64,000 nucleotides of DNA from Seison nebaliae (lineage: Eukaryota), in contig JALJEE010000735.1 of the NCBI GenBank assembly GCA_023231475.1, forward strand, positions 62,001 to 126,000. Reading direction: 5' to 3'. The position numbers and the translations under genes are program-made. Of the stretch, positions 53,646 through 64,000 are shown piece after piece. Each line of letters starts with the position of its first letter. The first letter of the stretch is position 1. The notes below the pieces were generated by a model. It had not been told where the DNA came from. It was given only the letters and a program-made list of their open reading frames with translations, and searched no databases.

Positions 53646-56600
53646 ATAAATTTCTCTCTAAATTTTACTTGACTAGTTTAATTTCTTAATAAACTTTCTT
53701 GTTGAGTCGTGTTCTTTGTTAGTGCGTGAAAACAACTATACTCTCTGTTTAAAAGGATGTCGAACGATGTCATCAAATAAAGAGAAGGTCATGTAGATGC
53801 TATTGTGAGATTGTGTAATGAGAGATGCGAAAGTTTGATACAAAATAGGAGATTAGTGATACGAGAAAACGTTTATCCATCCCAAACGTTCAGAAGATAA
53901 ATCAGACGATCCTCATTATCTAAATCGGTGGGAAGAACGGTTTTCGTGTACAAGTCGAATAATGGGAAAGGCGGGCCGGTTCGCTATGTGGTTAAGGAAA
54001 AGAGTGAATGTTGTAAATAAGGAAGAAAACTTCGAAGAGAAAGAGAAGGAGAACAGTCAAATAAAGTATACTTGAAAATGAACATCTTTTGTTATTCGGT
54101 TGCGTGTTATTGTCGAAATGTTATGTCTGATGTTATTGTTGTAGACTTCTCCCATTAACGAGACATGTCCTCCATTTTCTTCTAGCTACGTCCGTCGACC
54201 AAATTATGTAGTTTGATATATCGCTCCTTATGTAGAGGTACGTACACGTAGGGATTGTTATTCATGCTTCCGTTCTTGGGTAAAAGTCTATTCACCCACA
54301 GTTATCGGGTCAAGGAAACTGACAAACACATTCTCCTCTCCATGTCGATGTAGTGAGGGGGGAGGATGAAGCTACCACAACTATTACCACCGTCAATTTA
54401 TTATGTCACTTCAAATTGTCTATACTACTCATCAATTTTCCATAGATCATCAATCTCTCTCACCGTCAGTTTGGTGAAGTAAGCAAGAATATTATCAAAA
54501 TTTCATCGTTTCTAATTTCGTCGCGGATTGTTTCATTCCGGAAATATCTATAAGGAAGTAGTCCAGATGTGCATTGGTTTTCACTTTTATCATTTCCCTT
54601 ACGAAAAAAAGTCAGTTAGGTAAGTCCAATACATTTCACCTTTCCTTCATACGACTATTAAGTGTGCATTATACTTCATAATAGAAGCGAAATATAATAT
54701 AATTTCACATGCGAATAATTTTCCTTCACAGACCTACCAACTATCAGACGACCACATATGTAAACGATGCATTCCTTTGATGCATATCATCGTCTTCCCC
54801 ACCATGTCATGTTCCGTCAGTTGATTATGTACAATAATTATGTATTCTCTCCCCACCCTCCTTTCTAAATATCCATCGACTTATGTGTATATATTCCCGT
54901 ACATAATCTTCCCTACCGCAAATACCAACGTGGCTTTTAGCATGTGACCGATTGACCGTAATATGGCATTGCTCCATTCACTTCCTCAATTATACATATT
55001 CGAACTAAGAGGAAATGTCGGGCGCCCTTCCTTCTCATTGCGTCAGTTGTACACAAGTGGTCTCTCTGTCTACGATTTTGGTGTTGGAAAGTTGGATCTA
55101 TCGTTCCTATATTGTGGCCGCATTTATTGCGTGGTATTGGTAAAATTGTTCAATGCATCTCTCCATCACCAAATATTTCGTTTTAATATTTCAATCAATT
55201 ATATTACTCAATTTCCTTATCAATATATACTCGTGTACGTAATATGGTGATGGGTGAAGTATAGACAAATTCTTCCAATAACAGTTTTCTACGCCGACTT
55301 CTCCCGTCATTATATAAGAGGCTATATATGTGTACGATTATTGTGCGTAGAGAAGGAAAATGGAGAGAATCATGGCATTCGCCTCAACTTCAACCCATTA
55401 TTATAACAACAACCTTACTACTTTAGCGGCGGAATTCGTATTTCATTTCCTCTCCTCCTCTCTACTCTCTCCTCAAGTGACGAAGGCAACCACTACTATT
55501 ATCCACTATTTCCTCATTTTCTTCGTTTTTCGCGCCCAATGGCATCTTTTGCATTTAGTTAGTCAGTCATTTATTCATTCATTCATCTCTCTTATTTTTT
55601 TTCTTCTTCCTTTTCTTTTCACCGAAGAATATTTTATTCATTTGTTGATTCACTCCTTCAATCTATTCTCCTATTTTTTTTTCTTTAGTTCATCTGCCAT
55701 CGCTTGTAGTCTCACTATTTCTTCGTAGTGTTCGGACTTTTCATTAAATCTTCTAAACTTTATCATTATCATCATTAATGTACGATTATTTAATGTTCCC
55801 CTTTCTCGCTGTCATCGTCAAGTAGCCGATCTTATGTAACTGCTATCATTTATTCTTTCGATGTATGTTCGAGGTCACACTCGAGCTTACGCATATAAGT
55901 TTATAAGGTCATGAACGGTGACTATTCCTAGTTTCACCGTTGTCGTTTTTCCGAAGAGAAAATCATCCCCGAACATCACCCACATCATTATTAACCATTT
56001 TACTAATAACACTTTCCTCTTCCACAACATTCTTCTACAACGAATGTTGTTGTTCGCAGATGGTCGATTAGAATACTTCCAATTAGTTTCACTATTTCCT
56101 CCAACATCTTCCATCGGTCACGTGTCCCCATTCGACTCGTGACGTTGTTGCATGCCGCTTCCTCCTCCAAAACTTCATTCCTTTCTTCTTCTTCCTTTTT
56201 TTACTCGAAATGAAAAGAAATTTTTTCAATATGACTCAATCCTCTTAATTTGATGGTAATTGATAAAGAGTGAAGGAAATGAACTGCTGTAACAGTTTGA
56301 CGTCATCATATTATCCCACTCCCATCTGCAATCATTCTTAGTATTTCTTGTTAATAATTTCTTTAAAAGGTCATCCCAATGTCTTATACCATCTTATCAT
56401 ACCACTGCCAGTTGCCACAAGTAAAATGGAAGTTACCAAATAAATCTGAATTGTTAATGTTTATCTTTCTCCTGATTTGGGAGGTGAGTCATATTAATTA
56501 ATAAGATTTTTAATTGACTTACAACTGAATAGATATGTCAACGGTTCTATGCATCATCTCAATAATATCGTGAATTTATTAATTTCGTAATTTTTTATTG

Positions 56601-58744
56601 AACAAAAAACTAGTTCAAAATAAAAGATATAACGCCTAGTTGAACATCTATGTCCCTATAAGTTCCCAATCAATCTGAATTTGTATGTATATGTGTCTGT
56701 GTGTGTGTTACATCTTTTATGTATTCAATGCTGCCGATTATGTAAAGGTTAAAAGGACAAGCACCTCCACTTCTTCCACAAATTTCCTTCTTTCACAAAA
56801 CGCAACATCAATTTCATTTTCACATATTCTCCCTTCGACAATAACGAACGTGTCCCCATAATTTTTGTGTTTTCGAAACAAATTATCGAATGATTCTTAA
56901 TAGATAAATTTTTGGTGGAATGGTCCTTCTTCTTCCTCTTGTCAACTTTCTACTATAGAAACGTGCTTACTCATTCGACATACAACTAGTGTTGTGCGAA
57001 AGAAGAGAAAAAAAATTTGTGTTTCCGGAACAAAATTGTGATATCAGTATTCCTGAACATCCTGAACATACATTGTTCATATCTATACAATTCTTTATAA
57101 TCTTCCAATTTTGTTCCATAGTATTCATTCATTAATAATAATTCCATTGATCAATTTCCATGTGATGGTAGTCGAACAATTTTCCCTAATTCTCCGCAAC
57201 ATACTGACTATATAAGTTCTGAATCTGAATTATAAGTTATCGGAAAGGAAAAGAGGTCAATTACAAAAGTTCTTGTGCATTGCGGCTAAAATTTCTTTTA
57301 CTCTATCGACTGTTCATCATTTCAAGGACTTTCCGCCTTGAATTTGTCGAAGTGTAGAGAGAATGTTACGTCTAACATACGGATGAATAAATTAATAGGT
57401 TCATTCTCTTTCACATATCTTCGTTCCCATTGATGGTTATGCTATCGCGTAGGAGTTATCACCGGCTGTGGGCGAACACCCACAGACATTCAAGGAAATT
57501 CTGGAACTATTGGAAGCGTAATTTTTGTTTTTATTATAAGATGGATCTCTTCTTTTTTTCTTTACAGAAATTTAATATTATATCGAAGAACTTCGATCGT
57601 GTTGATTGATGGGCTATTTTAATGATATTCCCTCTTTTCTGAATCATCATTACTCATTATTATATTAATTTCAATATTTGACGAAATAGATATTTTTCAC
57701 TTCTCTCACCTCTGTGTCTAACCTTTTACACGAGGAGAGGAAGTGAAATTGAATACATTCTTCGACAGTAAACAATCTTTTCAAATAGATAAATTTTGAG
57801 GAAAATAAATCGAAATAATTTGATCGATAAATATTACTCAATAATATGAATTGGAAGGAATGTTAAAGAAATAATCCATTACAATGCTATAAATAAAAGA
57901 GGTTTTGATTGAACGTCTTCTCCCCATGTTGTAGATAAAGGACAAATTGATGAAATTAAAAATGAGGAAACATTTGCCTATTATCCAACACTATATTCAA
58001 GTAACCATTTGACCTGTTCAAGAACGGTCACGTAATTCTCTGTTCATTTTTATTCGATTATTATGGTGATTGCCCGTATATTTTTTTGTTTATTGAAAAT
58101 GAATCGAACCGATATTCATTCGAACGAATAGTATACTGAAGGTTTCTGTCGAATCATACTATCAATCCTTCTGTCTAAATTATGCACAAACATCAACACA
58201 AAATAAACGAAATAAACAAAATGGGGTACCCATCATCCTAAAAAAATTAAACAACATTCCTTTTATTCTTTCCTGTTATCTGATTATCAAGATTTATATT
58301 CGCCTATCATATTAACTTTTTTTGTTGGTAGGAGAAGGAATAGATGGTAATTTCCTCATCTCATCTTCCTTAATCCGTATGGCGAAAGTGTCTTTGTCAC
58401 AAAACAAATGAAAGTGATTTGTGAGTTTTAAGAAGAAGCATTGGAAGCAGACTTTGTATATTTTTCGCCCAATTTTTCGTCACTTCTTCTTATATCCTCC
58501 TACCAACCCCGCACAGCGAGGCGACGACCAAAATAACTTATTCACCAAATCTACTTCCTGTATTTGATGCAATTTGGGGGAAGAATAATTAATAATATAT
58601 TTTTCTAATATTTCGATTTATATTTTAGGAAAGAAAATAATGACACAAAATTTCTGTGGTAGTTGTCATCATAGTAATAATATTTGTCGTAGTAGTAGTA
58701 TTTGTGGTTGTGGTAATATTAGTTGTAGTAGTGGCGATAAGAAA

Positions 58745-58812
58745 GTGTGAGTGTGTGTGTGTGCTTGTGTGTGTGAGTTTGTGTGTGAGTTTGTGTATAT
58801 ATATATATATAT
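58745..58812. repeat. (TG)n/(TA)n microsatellite
   Basis: Visible directly. Confidence 0.85.
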
Positions 58813-61168
58813 GATCAGATAGGTCTAACTAAAAGTATACGTAATATTGGAACAAGTAGTTGAGTATGTAGACCTCTTCACTTCTTTTCCAATTTTTAAT
58901 TCTTCTTCTTTTCTTCCATCTAATAAAATTTGAGTTAATGTTATTTCCTCATTCTTAATGCTCTTTGCTCCTACCATCCAATATTATACAAATATCCACT
59001 AAATTTTAAGCACATTCACGCAGTATATCACTGATATCAAATCATCTACATTTCACACATAATAATACTAACACAAATGTGAAAGGAAGATGAGTCTCAT
59101 CACCATTCGAGTTATCATTCACCTTTAATAGTTACGGTTAACTTACTTTATTGAACGATTTCTATTAAAATTTTACATAAGAGGAAATATTTCGTAGGGT
59201 AATAATGATAATGATGATGTAATCAGTATGAAGTCGTGAATAACGACTATTCGATCACATCAGATAAATTTCCCATTCCATTTCCTCCTCCCAATCCAGG
59301 AACGTTTTGAGTGACCAACCGATATCGTCCTTTCAATAATCGTTAAATAAATAAATTTTTCTATTTCCTCCACGTTCTCGTTCAATGTTAATCACGTAAT
59401 GATTTTGATAACTCATTCGGTTACCCATCTAAATGATCATTGGTTAAAATTCGACATAAACGGAAGGAATTGATGGGAACGTTACAGTAATTATTATCTT
59501 TGTTTACTTCCCGGTTATATCGCTCTCTAACTCTTTAGTATTCCTGACTCATCGACCACTTTTCTGACATAAACGATTTTCAAATGTTTTTCCTCTTTTC
59601 TCTTCTCTATTCAGCCCCATCGAATGTGGGAAGCTCTTCATTCCTATTTCATCACATTACGTATCGGTGAAATAATCGTCATATCTACACATGTAGTCGT
59701 CGAGTATTTCCTGTAGTAGAAGACTAATAATTTATCATTCATTTATTTACATCCGTCTACCACATGGGAAATTGTATATACGACAACAGACATGTACTGG
59801 CTAGAAGTATAAACAAATAACTCTCATTCACCACCACATTCTCATACTATGAATCTATATATAATTACATATATCTACATTCATGTGTATAATTGTGTAT
59901 GTTAGTGTGTGTTTATACGTAACTATTCCTACATCATATCTAATCATCATGAGTATGGTGAACGTATAGAGAACTTTGGTTGACAGGGCACTGAACGGTC
60001 AAAAAATTTCCTTTTCATTCTTCCTCCTTCTTCTCTCCCACACTTTTTTTTGGAGAGGAACTGGCCGATTCTATTATATTATACCGTCATTCTACGGTCC
60101 AAAGTCTTCCGCAATTCTCTCTCAGTTCTTACACAATATGTTCCCAATGCATGTCGATGGAGAAAAGTCTCTTATGTAACGTTCCATTTTCTTTCCTTCT
60201 TTCATTATATCACTACTACTACTACTACTTACTGTCTGTGATCACGACCACGGCTACTATACCACCAACTGTATTTGTAGTCCACTATCATCTTCGTCTT
60301 ATTCAATTACGATTAACATATTACCTCTGTGGGTGGTAAGGCACTTAGCATCAAAAAAGATCAATTTATGAAAATTTCTTCCAATTCGAAATTCCTAATC
60401 AATTTAAATTTTTATTACTACCATTTGTTATGGAAAAAATGAATGTTTTCCTTCATCTTCACTCGTTGATGTTGTTGTCCACAATATCGTCTTTCCAATG
60501 ATTTGAGGTTTCTATATCGTTCATATCTTCTCTTTCACTTCGTCTACTTCATCTTCACTCGTTTTCAACATTTATTACGTAATTAGCCGAACGAACAGAT
60601 GCAATGGAGAATAACAGTTCTTCCTTCTTCCGCTATGGACATCTCAGCGAACAATTATTATTTTCCTCAATAATTATTTCCAGTTTTTCTCCTTAAATAA
60701 TTACGCTTTTTTTCCTTTTTTTTTGTCTGTATGTCATGATGGTATTATGTTGGCAATTCGACTTCCTCAAATTGATGTCGGAAGTAGAGAGATATTTCTC
60801 CTCAGACCATATCGTTGAGGGGGTAGGGGGAAATGGACAATGTATTTTATTTTATTGTTCCCCATTTTCTTTTCATCCTTTACGATAATTATTTGTAATT
60901 TTTCTTTTTATACAATTTCATCCAACAGACATTATTGTCCTTTACATCATTGATTAAATTATTTATTTTTTCTTCTCATTCTCAGATTAGGTGAAAGACT
61001 CAGACAAAAATAGTTTGATGAGTATATTTATAAGTTTATGTGATAATTCCATCATCGAATAACATCAATTACAATTAGATGACATAGTTGTTAATTAGAA
61101 ATAACAACAATAGTTCTTCGACAACAATTTGGCATTTGAACGACGAGTAATCGTCGTTCACGCTGATA

Positions 61169-64000
61169 ATGCACGTTAATATTTCTTCTGATACGACGAT
61201 AATTATTCATAATAACGGTGAAAGAATAAATAATAATTCAGAAAGTTGTAACAACAATAACAGCAATAATAATAATACTACGAATTTGGAAGAAAAAGAA
61301 AAGACGAATAAGAAAAGTAATTCGTCATTATTTGATATTGACGAAGGGAAATCGAGGAATTTACCATCATCACCCTCATCACTCAGTGACCAACAAGGAG
61401 ACACTGAATTAGAAAAGGATTTGGAGAAAGATAATATTTCTTCAGATTTATCTAATAACAAATTATTCTTCATTGATACATCTGAAGAAAATTGTAAAGA
61501 AATTAGAAGAAATTGTTTTAAAACAAAAAAATTAGAAATTGATTATCCTCGTGTCGCCATGTCAACGACATCATCATCTGATGAGGAATCATTAATTTAT
61601 GAAGATCATAATATGTCATCCATCATCACTTCAAGTAGTAACATCATTCCTCCATCAATCGCCACTACCATCACCACACCAACAACAACAACATCTTCCA
61701 CATTCAATTTGGATCGTCGACGAAAAGTTAAAAGAAGAAATAAGAATAATCGTCGTGAACGTGTCTCTTTTTTAAAATTGGAGAATAAAGAAGGAAATAA
61801 ACAACATCAAAGAAGACCTCAAAGTGAATCATCATCTTTATCATCAGGAGAGAATGTTCAATATAGACACCATCCCAGAAGATTGAATAAAAAGCAATTG
61901 GGAAGTCGTTATCAATCAGCCGACGCACTTTGTTATTATGATTCTTTAAACAAAGTCAATGAACAAAATACTAAAAATAAAATTTCCAGTGAAAATGAAT
62001 ATAGTCCCAACATTAATATCATGCAAGACAATTCCTCATCTTCCGATCAACCAGACAACTTGAAGAATGATACTAAAGGAAAAAATTCGACTACCTCCGT
62101 TGCCGATTATTTCAATTCCAAATTATTTTCTAATGATCATTTCGTTTGTGCAATTTGCAATGCAACATTCACAATGTCTGATATTCCCAAATTTGTTAAA
62201 CACAAATTGGAACATCGACAAACGTTAATAGAATCACCGACGAAAAACATGAAAACTGACCAAAAGAATCAAGAGGATTTTAAAATGAAATTATCCATCA
62301 TCGATAAACGATATGCATGTTGTTGGTGTGAATTCATTTCAAAGAATCCAATCCGTCTTAAACGGCATATGCAAGAAGAACATCAGATTGATATTCCTCG
62401 AACTAATACTGAACATTCATCCACAATTACCTCTACAATTGTTACGCCGACTCTCTCATTACCTCAATCTATCAATCGAACTGATATTACTTCATCATTT
62501 CCTCTGACAGTCACATCTCTCTATGAATCTAATAGTTGTTCGATAAAACCTGAAGAAGTAAAAGAAATAAAAAATAATGAAATATTTCTTGGAAATCAGA
62601 AAGAAGAGAAAGAGAAAATTGTAAGCACAGAACCAATTCGAACAGAAACGAATTATTTGTTGACACTTCCCAAATTTCGACGATTATCTTATTTGAAAGA
62701 TAAAATGAAATTCGGTTCCGTAAAGAAAGTTATATCACCAGAAAATGAAGAAGAAACGATTGAAACATCATCGAAATCTCAGTCATTCGCATTCCAACGA
62801 CCTCAATTATCATCATCAAATAAACCGATTGTAAAACCGATAAATCTCGATGTTAATGTCGTTCAATTATGGGAGGCAGTTCAGTCAAGGAATTTTGATG
62901 AAATTATTGAATTGTTATCAATTGAAAGTAATGAAATTTCTAGTGACATCGATCAAAAAACAAAGAAATTAGAAAAAATTAAAAAGGAGAAGATTGGTGA
63001 TAACGAGGAAGATAATGAAAGGAAAAATATTTCCAGATTGTTATTACAACAAAGTATTCGTTCAATTTTAAAACAAGAATTGAAAGCAGAAAATCTTTTA
63101 GATGAAGATACGAAAACTAATGAAACACTTCCATCACTTACTTCACCATTAATCGCATCAGTTGTTCAAGTGAAAGAAGAATGTGTTTCTCCCAAACTTG
63201 ATTCATCATCCAAATCATTCTCATCCTCATCCTCATCAGACGAACAGAATGATAATGTTGAAAGAATACCAAATCTAAAAGTACGACAAGCTGTTCGATT
63301 ATTACAGAGATATCTTCGACAAACTACCATTAATGATTCGAGTTATGAGTCTTCAACCTCCACACCATCGTCTTCATCATCGAACGGACATGAACGAAAC
63401 AAAGAGAAAGAGAATGATAAATGCCAAAAATTATTGAATTTGAAACATATGGATAAGTTTAAGGAGTTGATGGAGAAGGTGGAGAGTAGATATGTTGCTT
63501 CGAAACGGAAAAATTCTTTCTCATCCGTCATTAAATCACTTGGTGTGAGTGAAGCCAAACAGAATAGTAATGTCTCCTTGTCACCAGTAACAGTGAAAAC
63601 GCAAATTGTGGGACCAGGCCAAGAATTACGTTTACCAATTCCATTTTATGAACAACTTCATACGAAGCCGTCGTTGTTAGAGAATCAAAATTCGATGATG
63701 AATCAATCATCTGTTGAAAAATCATCGATATCTATCGATAGGAATTCACCTTCACATATAAAGAAGATGGATGATACAAGTGGAAGTGAAAATAGTAGTT
63801 GTAGTAGTTCGTTCGCTCCCGGCACTACCACGACTACTAGTGACAATTCGGAGAAGACGAGTGATTCCAATGGCTCTTACGCAGTCCACTCTCAATTATC
63901 TCAAACGTTAATTTTTGAGTTTAAATCTATTCTTTTTCATTTACATTTATTTTCACATATTCAGAAGAAATATCGGTTATAAAGGACGAATGACAAGAAC
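61169..64000 (+). CDS. C2H2 zinc-finger transcription factor, tentatively BCL11-like; continues past the window via intron 63907-63964
   Basis: FVCAICNATFTMSDIPKFVKHKLEH (~62141-62215) resembles the BCL11 N-terminal finger (C..C...F...DI..FIEHK). YACCWCEFISKNPIRLKRHMQEEHQIDI is a second finger. The ORF tail LIFEFK.. reads as an intron (GTTAAT..TTCAG) with an open frame after it. Confidence 0.65.

Noticed and set aside
1..64000. tRNA, rRNA, snRNA genes, CRISPR arrays or a variant genetic code
   Set aside because: GGTTCGA-like hits (10479, 41590) lack cloverleaf context. No U1/U6 signature or regular repeat-spacer array was seen. Conserved genes translate cleanly with the standard code once introns are removed.

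Overview
AT-rich eukaryotic, metazoan genomic DNA, probably from a protostome invertebrate with a compact genome (inferred from a Dve/Compass two-homeodomain gene and an invertebrate TWK-type K2P channel). Genes supported: mitochondrial-type asparaginyl-tRNA synthetase (NARS2, 5'-truncated), RFWD3, two orphan single-pass membrane genes (one Thr-rich and mucin-like), a decayed MULE transposase with several MITE-like inverted repeats, a ~24 kb gene-free region upstream of an intronless dve, a 10-exon NEMF/Rqc2 whose 7.7 kb intron contains a complete antisense 12-exon K2P channel gene, ABHD11, a spliced YeeE/YedE (TsuA-like) sulfur transporter, and the 5' part of a BCL11-like zinc-finger gene. 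The most striking signal is in splicing. All 35 introns I reconstructed by hand, across six genes on both strands, start with GTT and none with the canonical GTA/GTG. The +5 G is mostly absent (8/35) and most introns are 39-62 nt. This points to a lineage with a rewired 5' splice-site recognition system. Exon models were built by eye and frame-checked; no database searches were run.
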